Shown here: one piece after another, positions 1 through 14,208 of the stretch
Numbering within the stretch: the stretch's first letter is position 1
Layout: each line of letters starts with the position of its first letter
Assembly (NCBI GenBank): GCA_025603075.1
Contig: MU626268.1
Span: 62,001 to 126,000, forward strand
Direction of reading: 5' to 3'
DNA from: Neoconidiobolus thromboides FSU 785
Lineage: Eukaryota; Fungi; Entomophthoromycota
DNA: 64,000 nt
Notes under the pieces: generated by a model
Told to the model about the DNA's origin: nothing
The model's database searches: none
The model's input: only the letters and a program-made list of their open reading frames with translations
Made by a program: the position numbers and the translations under genes

Positions 1-2103
1 GCCTCCGCATGATATGAATTTAATTGTTGACTATCAATAGATAATTCTTTCATTCTCAATACTAATTTGGTAAGTGTAGAAGATAATACAGATGCTACAA
101 AATAATCCCCACGTATCAATAAACTACGAATAGGTGGTCTTGGTGCTGATTTTAAAGCTTCTAAGTTGTTACTATTTGACGTAAATGTACTTTCTGTAGC
201 ATAAGTACCATCAGCATTGACACGTCTAGATGATGACTGATAAGTTTGAGTGGTCTCAGGTTCATTACTACTTTGATCTTGTAACTTTTCAAGTTTTAAC
301 TAAGTGGAATTACTTAATAAAATACTATTTTAATTTTATTATTTACCTGTTCTGAAGAAATAATTGGAATTTCGCCTAAACTCTCACGAATTTTTTGCCA
401 TGCAGATTCAATTACTTTGAATAAAAAACTTAATATACAATTCTATTTTACAAATTCCATTATTGAAATTACCTTCCCTTTCAGTAGAATATTCACCAAT
501 AACCCAAAGAGCACCACGTAAAGCTCTTGAAGTTTTAATATCTAAAAAGGAAGCTAATAAATTGGGTAAAATATTTGCTCTTAGTTCAGGGAATCTTTCT
601 GCTACTTCTCTATTTAAATTAATTAATACTAGAAAATACGTTGAGTATATGATAATATGTATAATTACCTAATAAAAGAAATAACATCAACAGCAGCATT
701 ATTATTGTTTTCTGATAAAAATTCGATTAGAACGTTAATGACTTTAGAAGCCACTTCAGGAAATTGGATAGCACAAGTATGAATTGATTTAATCAATAAT
801 TCACGATATTCACTATTCTAGAAAATAAAAGATAAAAAACATCAATTTTGATCTCTCGACAATAACATAGTTAATGCTACCTTTTCATATTGTTGATCAT
901 GGGTACGTGACAATTCTTTTTGTAAAAAATGAATAATCTCATCCACATTACGTTTATTAATCAATGAATTAGCGATCATTAATACTTTAGAACGTACATC
1001 AATATCTGGGCTGGAAGTTACAATTCTTAATAAATCCATAGCTAATTCAGAAAATAATCCAAAATTCTTTTTAGATAAAGATTCAAAACGATCTAATACA
1101 ATTAATTTAACATTGTTATCAGATTCTTTTAGGCCTAACTCTAAGAAGCAAGCACCAGAAGCTATTAAATTTAATTATTAATTGTTGGTTGAAATTAACT
1201 AAATGGTAAGTATTACCTTTAATAGCTACAGTGTTAGATGATAATAAAGGAAGAGATGTAGCAGCTTCATACTTAACGGAAGGTGAGGTAGCACTCAATA
1301 ATTCAACAACAGTTTGAATATATCTAGCCTAAAAAATAAAACCAATCAAACTGACCTTTCATAAAAGCAAAATTACAACTTACTTTTTCACCTACATTAT
1401 CAATGGCATCTTTACGAATATGCTCTAAGATAGCTAATTGAAGTAACTCATCAAATGAGATAATTTGTTCATAATTTTGCTTAATGAATTGGGTAGCTAA
1501 TTGAGGAGCAGTGTTACTTAACATAATAAAAGCATTACGTTTACAAGTAGCATCAGGTTCGGCTATAAGGAAAGATTGTAATAATTCTGGAGCATCAGGT
1601 AATAAATTGGGATGAATTTTATAAATGGAATGAATGGCATTAATGGCATTTTTTCTAACATAAGATAAACGATGTTCTAAACATGCTCTACAAGAGGGTA
1701 TCAATGGTTCTAATAATTCCACTTGTTGTAATTTACTTAAAAAGCGTAATGTTGCTCCACGAATGAATTCGTTGGGATGTTGTAAATCGTTACGAATGGC
1801 ATTACATACTAAGATCATTTCTTGTTTTAACTTACCTTCATTATCAAACTTTGGGCATACTTCCCAGTAAAAATGTAATATTTTTTTTAATACTTTGTTT
1901 TTAGTAGGCATAACAAAGCGGATAATATGCATTAAGAGATCCTCACAATTATCTCCATTTAGAATGAGATTGATAATTGACTTTAAACTGGATATCTTTT
2001 CACTATCACGTCCTTTTTCTAAACTCTTTTTAAGTTCATTATGGCTAGGTTCATTTCCTTCTTCCATAGAACTTAGTATAGTATATACTGGTTCGTGACT
2101 CAT
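1..2103 (-). CDS. SEC26: Coatomer subunit beta (COPI beta-COP), multi-exon, runs off the window start
   Basis: ORF 1324-2103 has the beta-COP N-terminus (LLMHIIRFVMP...LKKILHFYWEVCPK...QEMILVCNAIRNDLQHPNEFIRGATLRFL). Downstream exons include DLLRIVTSSPDIDVRSKVL. GT-AG introns lie near 1330-1385, 625-690 and 300-345. Confidence 0.95.
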
Positions 2104-2763
2104 TTTGAATTTGGTTGTATCTGGTTATTATTTGGTGAATAATATAAAAAATTGTATGATGTAGTGTATTTAGAACTTATAGACTGAATCCGAAGATTTA
2201 TGATGTTTTATTGGTGCTATGAGATTTGATTAAATGGTAGCTTATTATTGGTTCAAACTGGAATTTTTTAACTTTTTGACCTTATAAATTAGTTTTCCAA
2301 TGTATTAATCTAATTTATATTATGATAGTATAGTATTAACATACAATATTGTTACTGCATCATGAGTATTTTTTAATAAATGTTTTATGATAAAACTATA
2401 ATAAAGAATAAATTTAAGTTTAGTTGAATTAAAGCTATAGTATGACATTTTATTATCCTTGAATTATTTGACACTACTATTTATAATAAAAAGTAATTAA
2501 ATTTATTAAACTCTTATTCAAATTCAAGTTATAAATAAACTCAATTACTATTATCTACAATAAAATAGCTTCCACTCATTAATTAAGTTATAAATAACTC
2601 TTTAAAACTGCATATTTTTATAAAATAACAAATTCCATTCTCTAATTAACCAATGAAATCTTCTGATGTGTTTAAAGTCTTTTAAGGAAATAACATCAAA
2701 AAATAAAACAATAAAATAAAATTTTTAAATCAAAGATAAATTTCTTTTATTCTATATTTCATT

Positions 2764-4295
2764 ATGAATCCCAATGTACCTACAGAAAAAATGTTAGACA
2801 TTTTATTAGATGACTTAGAAAGAGTAGAAATTAATGTAAGTGTTTCAATAATACATATTATTTTATTTATAATATCAATAGGGTAACCACAACGAACAAA
2901 ATATCGATAAAGAAGAAAAAGAAGAAACTAATGGATTAGACTTTAGTCAAATAAAACCAAATCAAAGTCAGGAATACTCTAAAGAATTGTTATCAGAGGA
3001 AGAAGAAGAGTTTCAAAATATTAACATCAATGAACAACAAACAAAAAAGAAAGCTAAACCAACAAAGATACGTATCTCATTAACAAAAGAAGTCAAAAAA
3101 GAAGAAAAAGAAGAAAAAGTCCCACTTACCAATAAAACGAGATTAGTTACCTTACCTGCAAAAGATAGTCAAGAAGAAGAAAAACATCTAAAGGAGTATT
3201 TAAATATGATGAAAATAAGTAATGAAAAAGAAAAGAAAAAGGAAGAAGAAAGAAAAGAAAAAATTAAATTATATGAAAAAGAGCAACATTTAAGGAAAGA
3301 ATTATGGGAAACAAAATATTTAGTAGATATTGATAAAAACTTAAAATTAATTTATTCGGATTTATATGATGGTTTGCCTACAGCAGTTCGAGAAAAAGGA
3401 TGGCAATTATTTTTTAAAAGAAGTATTAAATCCAATACTAAAAATCAATATTTAAAGCAAATTAATGAAGAAGAATATCAATTTTTATTAAATCGATTTC
3501 AACATTCCAACAATTTAGAATATCAAATTAATCTGGATAAAAATTATCAAAGAATTGAATTACAAATTAAATCCACATTTCCAAATCTTCATTTATTTCA
3601 AAAAAATTGTCCATATTATCAAAATGTTAAAGATATCTTAATTGCTTATGCTTCACTAAAACCAGAATTATTAATTAAACTAACAATTGCTAATTTAGCT
3701 TCAATACTACTGTTAAATTTAAATGATTATTGGAGTTTTATTGGATTACAATTATTATGTAATAACCCAGTTTTAGATGCTTTTATGTATCATAATAATA
3801 ATTCCATTTATACAAAGTTTATTGTCAAATTTGAACATGCTTTTTTGGAAAAATTACCAAAGGTAACAAAAGAGAGATCATTTTGTTATATAATTTTTAT
3901 TTATATAATTTTATTTTGTTTTAGTTATACCTTCATTTTCAAAAAATTAAACTAAAAAGTGAAATGTATTTACATTCTTGGTAAGTAATAATGACAATAA
4001 TCATATGTTTCTATTAATCTGTTGTATTCTATTATTTAGGATCGAAAATTATTATACAAATATGTTAAAATTAGAAGATTGTTTAATTTTGTGGGATTAC
4101 TTAATATTATTACCTGAATCTGAATTTCAATTGTTAATTGAAGTTGGTATTTTAATTTTAAAACATCAAGAAATTCATTTATATAATAATCGTATTGATG
4201 AAATTTTAAATTATTTAATTAATTTAGAATTACAATTAACTAATTTAAAGCAAAGTTTATTTTTATTATTGAAAAAGGGTAATTTTATTAAATAA
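2764..4295 (+). CDS. TBC-domain Rab GTPase-activating protein (TBC1D12/14-like), 4 exons
   Basis: ATG at 2764. Introns 2836-2881, 3863-3924 and about 3981-4038. Motifs GLPTAVREKGW, IELQIKSTFP, DILIAYASLKP, LYLHF...MYLHSW and LILWDYLIL. Confidence 0.85.
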
Positions 4296-4413
4296 CTATA
4301 TCAAAAATAGATTTAATTTATTTTAATTTATTTAATAATAATAATAAAATGTACAGTTTATATATTTATTTTTGTTTGTTTTTTTATTTCTACATAGTAA
4401 TATCAATATTTGG

Positions 4414-7400
4414 TTAAAATTTAAACGTTGTTAAATAAAGGGTAAAATAAGCATCTTTTAAATTAAAATTAAATAATTTTAAATTTAATAAATTCCTTCT
4501 TAATCTTAAATTTTTAAGAAATATTAATTGAATTTTTAAAACAAATAAAGTATCTAAAATAACTTGTTGTTTTGAATGATTTTTAAAATGAAATTTCATT
4601 TTATCAATTAATAATTGTTGAAATTTTATATTGTTTTGTTTGTATTCATAGTTTAATTGGTTTAAATTTTTTAATGAATTTTTACTTTTATTTAATAGAT
4701 TGTATAATTCATGACTATGATTGGTATTATTATATAATAAACATTCATTTAGTACTTGGTTAAAATGATTTAATTGATCACTATTATTATTATTATTATT
4801 ATTACTATTATTATTATTACAATCTTGTATCGATTCATTATATATATTATATTCCTTTTTAAATACAAAATTACTATAATTATGTTCACTAATTAATTGA
4901 TTATAATTATTTGTTATACCAAATTTAATTTCAGTATTAAAACATTGATGTGTATTAATTGTATTATCATTGATTTCATCCCAATGATAATAATTTGATG
5001 TATTATGACATAAATCTGGTATTAGATACTAACAAATTATTAAGTATTAAATATAAATATTAAGTATTATTATTTGTTAAATCTATTTACCTTTTCATAT
5101 TTTGATTCGAATTTACAATTAAATAAATCATTGATACTATCTAACTCCAATTGTTTGATTATAATACCAAAATTGGGCTCATTGCTATCAGTGATATTGT
5201 TTAAATCAACCTTATTATTACATGACCCACTATTGTTACTGCTATTCACTTGACTGTTATTGTCAACATTTAGCTTACTATCACTATTTTTAACTAATTC
5301 ATCATTAATATCAGTATCCGATCCAATTATATTATTATTATTTGAATTGCTATTATTACTGTTGTTCAATTGGGTGATATTTGCACTATTCAATTCATCA
5401 TTGTTACCGTTACTTGATTCATTCTTATTATTACGATCTAGCTTAATAATGTTATTATTATCTAATTCCTCATAATTCATAATATCTATTTCCTCATGCT
5501 CATCGTTAGAACTATCCAATCTAATATCATTCTTATTGTTTACTTTATTATTGTTATTGTTGACTGTATTATTGTTTTCATCTAGTGTATTTTTATTACT
5601 AGTGTAGAGCCTATTATTTCTAATAAACCCCAACTCCAAGTCCTTGTTATTAAATAATTCATCCTCGTCATCCTTGTTATTATATAGCTCGTCATCGATA
5701 TTACTTATTTCATCGCTAATAGTAAAATAATCGCTATTACAAGTTAAATTTAAATTTGCTTCATTTAATATTGTGTATTTTGTATTAAACTCCAACTCAT
5801 TTAATAAGTTTAACTCAGTAGTAATTTCATAATTAAATATCTTTAATAATTGTTGAATATTTAATTGATTATTCCCGTCCTTTATATTATTACTCATACT
5901 ACTATCTTTCAGTACGTTATTACTCTCGTTATTATTATCCGTTGTCTCATTCAAATAATAAACATTTAAATAACTCAATATTCTTCTAATATCAAAATTC
6001 AACATATAAATTAACTTTTTAATACAATTTAGCTCCATGATTTTTTGATATTTTAATCCTATTAATTGTAGAAATAAAATTAATTGCTGTTCATTCCAAG
6101 GTTTGAATTTTATGTTTTTATAGACCATTGTTTTTGGTATTTGATCATTTATTGAATCTAAAAACATTAATATAAATTATAGCACTACTATAAAAAATTT
6201 ATAATAACTTACCATTACTAATAAGTATAAACGGCCTTTTACTTAAGTTAGCAATTTGAATTAAGCTGCTTAAAAAGTTTTTATCACTTGAAAATAGAAT
6301 ATCTACTTCTTCAATTAATATCAATAAATTTGATTTCTTGTTACTCTTATTGCTACCATTTAATAGTCTATTAGTATGATTTTTTTTCACCAGGTGATTA
6401 TTCGATAACTCCAATAACAACTGATTTAATTCTTTATTGGATCTTTTATTTGTAGAATTAATTTCCAATATTTGATAATTGCATTCTTCTGCACATAGAT
6501 AAATACAGCTTGTTTTTCCTACTCCATGGCTACCATAAATCAATAAAAAAGGTTCCATTTTATTGGCTTTCTTTTTCTCTTTAGTTATCTTCTTTTTACT
6601 TTTCTTTTTTCTACTTCCATAGTCCTCTTCTTCATTTTCTTTTATTTTTTCTCTCAAGTTCATCATTTCATTATAAATTTCTTCTTCTTCATTATCATCA
6701 TAAATAGTATTATCTTCTGGTATTAACTTCCAATAACTCAACCATGTTTTAATTTTTATAATACTATCTTTATTATTTATAAAACCTCCGTTTTTTTGTG
6801 CCGAAAAATTATTTAATAAATCTTTATTGCTATTTGTATTTTTATTAAATGAACTAAAAATTGATTTTTGATTACTATATAGCTCATTTTGTTGAAATAA
6901 ATTAAACATTGTTTCGAATGAAGGTAAATAAACCGATCCTTTCTCTGATTTAACTATCCCTTTTTTCTTATTAACATCAAATTTAAAATCATCTATTGCT
7001 TTGTTCCTTTCGCTCTCTTTCCCACCATCAATAACATTATCTTCTTTCTTATTATACACGTCCTCATTTTTATAAATATCATTAATGATTTCTTTTTCCA
7101 CTATAATTACCTCTTTTCTCTCTTTAATATTAAATTTAAAATCCTCTGCCGTCTTACTACCATCGCTCTTTTTCCCATCATCATTAACATTCTCCTCCTC
7201 TTTTTTATCTGTCATACTTTCATTCCCATAGACAGCTTTAAAATAATAATCATAGTATTCCTTATCCGGATAAGGAGTTGATGTTAGTTCTTTATATGTC
7301 CATAATTGCTTAACTGATAAATTATTACTACCCATTTCCCATTTTTTATTAAATAAACTATAATATTTTTTATTAGTGGATTCTTTTTTGTTGGCTTCTA

Positions 7401-7648
7401 AAGAATCATCTAATACTATACTATCTTCCAGCTTTATTTCTTTATCTGTTTCGTTAATAGTATTTTCTTCATTATCTATAGCAACATCTTCTGTTTCTTT
7501 TAAACGAAAAAAGTATTAGTTAAGTTCAAAACAGTTATAGATTAACTTGAATTTTATTTCATATACAGAAATACTTACCTAATTTATTCTTCTTTTTTGG
7601 TATTATTAAAAAATAATTGGTCAATTTATTTTCTTTTCGTTTATTCAT
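4414..7648 (-). CDS. ELG1: ELG1/ATAD5-like alternative RFC clamp-unloader large subunit; 3' end uncertain
   Basis: Walker A context LLIYGSHGVGKTSCIYLCAEECNYQILEIN, Walker B variant LILIEEVDILF, and KRPFILISN. ATG at 7648 (MNKRKENKLTNYF); intron 7578-7497 joins in frame to ORF 6199-7335. Exons below 5070 are not resolved. Confidence 0.8.
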
Positions 7649-8151
7649 ACTGACATTAACACTTCCTTCTAATAATTTAATGTTTACTGCTCCTTATTAA
7701 TCGTAGTCTAATAATCCTTTTAAGTTAAATTGAATATAAGCATTTTAAGTTTTGATTAATTGGCCTTTAATTGGATAATAAATTTTAACTTAAATTGTAG
7801 AATGTTAAAAATATTTGATTGGGTTGGAAAAATGCTAACAACTGCTAAGAAAAACGTGTAACTTGAAGCCTTGAAATTGGTCAAACCATATGTCAAAAAA
7901 GTAGATGTGTTGGTAGGTTTGGATAGCAACCATCTTGAGTATATTATACCATATTAGTATAATGATACAAAAAAAATCAAATAAAAAATGCAATATTTAT
8001 TTAGAAGTATAAGTAGTTTTACTAAAGCCGGGAGTAAAAGAAAGATGAATACATATTTAGATGCTCTTTAAACCCAATATTTATGTTACTTGGACTCAAA
8101 TTGTTAAAATAAATTTCTTAAATTCTCATATGATGTAACAATAAAACATAT

Positions 8152-8247
8152 GGGGGATGTATTTTTTTGTTTAAGAATTTTACTACAATTTTTCCACTCA
8201 AATAGTGCTTAAAAAATGGAAAGATAATGAAACTAAAAAACAGCCCC
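8152..8247 (+). mobile_element. ~97-bp Sola-related MITE, copy 1
   Basis: GGGGGATGT...ACAGCCCC flanked by ATAT/ATAT. Confidence 0.9.
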
Positions 8248-8399
8248 ATATAATAAAGCAAAAAAGGCCTTTTTATCTTCAGGTATATAATTTACAACAA
8301 GTAGTATACGAGTAGCACCAATATGATTACAATCAAATTCATTTTCTCCCCAAGTAAAGCTTAAAATTTTGATTTTTCCAAGGTTCGGGAAAAGCGATA

Positions 8400-9390
8400 C
8401 AAAATGAACAAGCTCTTTAATTGTGATATAACCGGAGTGAACTTACTTACTTAAATTTGTTTTGTAGAGTTGCACTAAATTAAATTGTATCCCTTTTTGT
8501 AGAAATCTTCTCTATTAAAAATTTTGTTGTCAAATTTTTGATATTTAAGGCGTAAATCATGAAAATGTATAGTTTGAATGTTTGCTTATGAAGATATCTT
8601 GATGGTTCTTTTGTTACATACACGAAATTTACTTCTTTTGAAGCTGGTAACTTTAGAAACCTAGAACTAATTCGATACCTTGGAGTAAAATAACATAAGG
8701 CAATGTTTCTTCTCTTTTCAGTCATTTTGAAGCCCATAAAATCTAAATCATAGTTCTCAATATTTAATAGCTTTACTTTTTTTTAATTATTTTGAATCAC
8801 CAAAAGAGTTGTCAGCATAGGTTGGACCAAAACAAACAACTTCGAATTCTGACTTAAAGTTCGAATTTATATTCGGATTAAGTTTATTAGGGTCATACTT
8901 GAATGCACCAAATAACATTAATGCTTTTAAATTAGTAAACTTGGTTTTAAGTATATATATTCCATCAAAGTGAAGTGTATGTTCTACATCTAATATGAGT
9001 GACATTAATTTGTTTGGATTTAAATAGTTAGCAATATTTCTAGTTAACATAACATCCGTTGTATAAAATTCCAATATTTTGATAAAGTATCTGGTCTGTA
9101 TATATCGTACATCGATATTAGACTTGAACACGTATTTAGTTACTTGGTATTTCTTTATTAATTACATTAATATATTTGATTAAGCCAAAATCTTTTTTGA
9201 TAAATTTTATTTGATAGTCTCAATATGTACAACTGTTTTCTTCATTATACATTAAGTTGAATTGTACTTGATCACTCTAGCTATGATATTGAATAAATCT
9301 TTGCTTAAAAAACACAAATCAATCACATCTTTTGGATCTAATGATTTGAGTATAGTTTCTAACAATATGTCAGTCAATACGTCGGTCAAT
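8400..9390 (-). pseudogene. F-box/LRR-like paralog 1, disrupted
   Basis: Minus strand near 9390-9260 reads LTDILLETILKSLDPKDVIDLCFLSKDLFNII (F-box-like) followed by a stop. ORF 8787-9131 has NYLNPNKLMSLIL, shared with the other paralogs. Confidence 0.6.
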
Positions 9391-9868
9391 CAGTCAAGCT
9401 TCAATGTCGCTTAGAAGTACTGTAAATTACAAAAAGATAGCTTGAATTGATTTTTTATATATTTTGGCATATCAATGAATTCTATCAACAAAGCATATAC
9501 AAAATAGCACTACTGAGACAGCTTATTGTTGATTAGATGAATTTGAGCTAACTTTAAGCTATTATTTAACTTAGCATAAATAAAATAAAATAGTAAAAAT
9601 AAAATCTTATCCATTTTTAAAATGAAATAATAAAAATTATTATTTTATTTATATGATTTCTTTACTTCACCTTTTCATTATAATTATATTAATTCAACCC
9701 TACTTCAAAAGTTATATTAAAGTAAAAGTTAACTCTATATTATATATATAAAGTCGTTTTGATCTATTTTGTCGCTTATCATAGTCTATACTCTCATCTT
9801 TAGATTTTATAAATAAATATATTAAAAATTTACAATTTTTATTGAAAGCAGTTTGAGTTTCAGTATAT

Positions 9869-9967
9869 AGGAGTGTTCTTTTTGACTTCATTATTTTTTC
9901 CAATTTTTAAGCGCTATTTAAGCAGAAAACTTGTTAGTAAAATTCTTAAACACAAAAATACATCTCC
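9869..9967 (-). mobile_element. MITE copy 2 (first of a tandem pair)
   Basis: Family body; ATAT at 9865-9868 and 9968-9971. Confidence 0.9.
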
Positions 9968-9971
9968 ATAT

Positions 9972-10070
9972 AGGGGTGTTTTATTTGATTTTATTACTTT
10001 TTTTATCTCTTAGACATTATTTGAGTGAAAAAATTATTAGCAAAATTTCTAAATACAAAAATACATCCCC
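9972..10070 (-). mobile_element. MITE copy 3 (second of a tandem pair)
   Basis: Family body; ATAT at 9968-9971 and 10071-10074. Confidence 0.9.
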
Positions 10071-10910
10071 ATATTTATAAAATAAAGATCCAATACTTTG
10101 AATATTTAAATTGAAGTAGCTTTAATAATATAAAGCAGATGGATAAAGAGTTCTTATATAAATGAGTATAGAAAATGATTCAATCAAATCAATTTAACCA
10201 TAGTTCCTGTTATTAAGTGGGCTTATTTATCATTTTCATAAAATCATAGTTCCTTACTGTAAGCTATATATAACAGTTTTTTTCAAAATCCGAGCACTTT
10301 AGGGGCTTCGTACTTTATTTATGAAACATGATTTATTTATAGATTACATCGAAGAGATTTAATGGAACGTTATTATCACATTAGCACAAGGGTATATTTG
10401 GGCTTAAAATTTCAGATCTTGGAAAATTCTAGCAAGGTTTGTTTATTGAGAGCTGTCCCATAGGCGCATGGATTCTGTCTATGGCAATTCTAAATTTTGT
10501 GAAAATGAAAGATTTACAATCCATGTGAAATGAGGTAGGGGTAGTAAAATTACAGTTAAAAATCACTTCATGACTAGACCAGCATAAGGATCTGGAGCCA
10601 ACAATAATGATACACCAACTGGTTCATCTTTATACTGTGAGTAAAGAGAGAGGCTAAATTTATTATCTTACCAGGATCAAGGGCTGAAGAACTGAAGAAC
10701 TGAAGAAACCTTTACCCATATCAAACCAAAGCTATTCAGAGAATGGGCGCAAGTAAGAATGATGGAAGGGGTCTTGATTCTTTAGAGATAGAGGACGTAT
10801 AAGTTGGTAGTTTTAGAGAAAGCATGAATTCTCCTTAAACTAGTGATGTAAATGCCATTAACCTTTCATAATAATTATTTTATTCTGCCGAAGCGAAGCT
10901 ACTAATATAT

Positions 10911-11008
10911 GGGGATGTATTTTTGTATTTAAGAATTTTACTGACAATTTTTCCACATAAATAGTGCTTAAAAAATGAAAAAATAATGAAACTAAAAAAA
11001 ACAGCCCC
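10911..11008 (+). mobile_element. MITE copy 4
   Basis: GGGGATGT...ACAGCCCC; TSD ATAT/ATAT. Confidence 0.92.
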
Positions 11009-11656
11009 ATATGTTGTTCTTTACTAAAGCTGGGCTTTATAAAATAAATCCAAATGAAAGCTTTTAAAGCTGTTACATATATATATGAGATATCATTCAC
11101 AATGCAATCAATATGTTACTAGTATTAAATAGCTGTCAATGTAGGCACATAATGGGATTTAAATATTTCACACTAAATACGGAATTAAGATCTAACATAT
11201 TTAAAAATATTAGCCTTTACTAAGGGATCGAAACCAAACAGGGTTGAAAATTCAAGGAACTGTCTTGAAAAGGGAGTTATTACATTGCTTTGATACAAAA
11301 GATAATTATAAATTATATAAAGGTTGGCTATTCAGTGTATGGTTTGAATTAAAAAACTTTACCTGATATCACAACTATGTGATACCCACTACTCAATATA
11401 ATAAAATTGTTTAATTATTGTTGGAGTTTAAATTAAATTATGAAACAAATCAGCAGAGTTCAATATGAATAAGACCAATTAATAAATAAAACGACTTGAT
11501 CATAAAATAAAAATACTCAAACACGATTAACTATGACTAATTTTTTATAGCTTTATCCAATTTAGTGATGGAATATGCCTTACTAAAACATTAAAAACAT
11601 CTTCACTGTAATTTACCATAAGCGTAATTAGTAACAAGAGAGTAGTATGCTTATAA

Positions 11657-12859
11657 TCAGGTTCTACACTTTGATTTTTTAATGAAACATTTAACATCAG
11701 TTATTCTAAATTTTGTGGAAAGGAATCCTCTAGTTGCAGTATGACAGTAATTGGCTTGAACTTGTTTAACAAATTTGCACTTAATTGAACTATATCCATT
11801 ATGAAAATCATTTATAGAGAAACTGGGACTATCATGTAGTTTACAGTAAAGATATAAACTAAAAATATAGATAGTTTGAATATTTTGGAATAAAGAGATT
11901 GGATTTAAGAGGTCTCTAGATAAAAACTTGAAATAGGCTTCTTTTAAAGTAGATAATTTTGAAAAATTATAATTGAGTATTTTGTCTGAATCAAAGCAAT
12001 CTAATGCAACAACATTGTTGTTTTTAATAAATTTGAAGTCATAGTAATCATCTTTGGTATCTGAATAGAAACTGATACAACCCATTAACCCTATACTTTT
12101 TAAGTCTTTCAAGTCCTCAAATTCATTAAAACAAAAATCATAGTTTGTTGCATTTCGCGTAATTTCCAAATCTAAATTGAGATTGGATTTTGTATCTATG
12201 TTAATCGTTAAATGATCAGTCAAACGTAGCAGAGGCTAATTTCAGTGTTTCCAAATTGATGAATTTTATTTTAATTATATTTAATCCATCAAAGTTTAAG
12301 TATTCCCCTATATTTATAATAAGTGACTCTAATTTATTTGGGTTTAAATGTCTAACTATATCTCGAATTGACGCATTAGATTTTTGATATTTAAATGTAT
12401 GAAGTTGTTTAGAATATTGGCCAAATGGACTTAATATTAGCCTAAAAAGACTAATTAGTAGTCAATTTTTCTAATTTTATTAATTTTGACATCTCAATAG
12501 TTAATCTTACATTTTTATTATTATTACTGCTAGAATTATTACAAACACAATCTGTACTTAAATATCATGTGTATCTTAAATCTATACAATAGTTTAAATA
12601 CTCAAGATCCTTGCTTTCAGTATCCATATGTTTTATAAATAATCGATTCTCTTCAACAAGTTCCTATTAATATTCCCAATATTTAGTAAAGCTAGTTTGA
12701 TTATATAGTCAATAAGTTGAGTTATACATCACTTACTTTGTTTGCAATGTTAAATAACTCTTTATTTAAGAAACACAAATCGATTGACTCTTCTGGATTT
12801 ACTGGTTTAAAGGCTTTTTTTAGTAATATATCAGATAGTTTATCAAATTCTAATTGCAT
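11657..12859 (-). pseudogene. F-box/LRR-like paralog 2, probably disrupted
   Basis: ATG at 12859: MQLEFDKLSDILLKKAFKPVNPEESIDLCFLNKELFNIANK, then a GTAAGT donor at 12736. Later reads RHLNPNKLESLII. An in-frame TGA lies just upstream of ORF 11657-12223, and no clean spliced ORF was found. Confidence 0.6.
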
Positions 12860-13177
12860 TTCGGAATTATATAATCGAAAAAAAAGGGAAAGAATTAAAT
12901 ATTGATTTTGTTGATTTTAGCTCCTAATTGAATTTTATGGACAAAAATTTAGTCAAGATACTGCTACGTACTGGAATACTATTGGCTAAACATTTTAAAT
13001 TTACCTTTTAAAGTGCGAGGTTTGACTAATTTACTAAATTAAGTTGTATAGTAAAACTTAAGAAAGGTTAGAATGTCAAAATGCTAAAAGCAATTTTTCT
13101 ATATCCCTACTGTATTTCTAAATCATCCTATTGCTATAACAGTTAACAATAAACGTAATCTGGTTATTTAAATATTT

Positions 13178-13275
13178 GGGGCTGTTTTTTTTGGTTTCAT
13201 TATTTTTCCATTTTTTAAGCGCTATTTGAGTGGAAAGATTGTAGTAAAATTCTCAAACAAAAAAAACACATTTTC
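13178..13275 (-). mobile_element. MITE copy 5
   Basis: Family body; TSD ATTT/ATTT; one end decayed. Confidence 0.85.
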
Positions 13276-13599
13276 ATTTATTGTACTATTTTTATAGAAG
13301 TAATACCAATGTGTTACGTGTGAATTAGATCATTTAATACAGAGCTTAAATAGTGGGGACTTTATTAAACATGATGTAAGTACATTTTACTTAAGAGTTG
13401 ATTTTTGTGTAAATTTATTAAATATTATAATCTGTTATCTAATAAAGCATAAAATAAAACATTAAGGTTTAAGGTGTATTAGTATGACAACATTTTAAAT
13501 TTTATAGAACCACATAAAAAAATATTTAATTTATACATAACATGGTTCAATAATAAAAATAAATGTTAAAATGTAGCTTATTACCTGAATTATTTATAA

Positions 13600-13989
13600 T
13601 TTCATCTGATTTAAAAATGAGATATATTTTGATGAACTATCAAGGAATGTCTCATCACAATCTTTTAAAGCTATGATAAGTAATAGTGGAGTAGTATTAA
13701 TATATTTATAATCAAGGTCTCATCTATCTTCGCTTTTTAAACTCAAGTAATTAGCTTTAACTATTTCAAGTTTTGAAAACAATATAAGGTAAAAGGACCC
13801 TGATTTTAATCTTAAAGTAGCTAATTTCAGTTTTTTTGATAAACTTACATTTGGTTAAATTATAGTTATCACATTTAAAAAATATACCATTTTTAGGTTG
13901 GTTATTAAGGAAGTTTTTATTAGCAAAATAAATCGATTGAATATCTGTGATTAGTGAAATGAGGTTTAGTAACTCAATAAACAATTAGC
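13600..13989 (-). pseudogene. C-terminal piece of F-box/LRR-like paralog 3
   Basis: ELLNLISLITDIQSIYF...KCKFIKKTEISY aligns with DLLNPISLFQNIQTIYI...KCKFVKQVQANY of paralog 2. Confidence 0.6.
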
Positions 13990-14208
13990 ATATGGGGCTG
14001 TCCTAATTGGTTTTAAAATCTACTTAGAAATTAATCCAAATTTAAAATTTTAAGTTTGTGTCCAATATAACGGTTAAATCTAAAAAGCCTAAAATTAAAT
14101 GTCTCTATTTAAAACTTATTTTAATTGCTTCCTTTTCTTAAATAGCTAATCTTCCTAATTGTATAAATACAGTTATTTGACTTTATTTTTTGTTGAAATA
14201 AAAATAAA

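Noticed and set aside
8148-8251. MITE as a Tc1/mariner (Stowaway-like) element with a TA TSD
   Set aside because: Other copies are flanked by ACTT, AGAT, ATGT, GAAT and AAAT pairs, which fits a 4-bp TSD rather than TA.
10858-11100. ORFs 10858-11100, 31836-32102 and 44913-45308 share a FKxYLSGK..KI motif, suggesting a peptide family
   Set aside because: The shared part is the MITE read on the minus strand.
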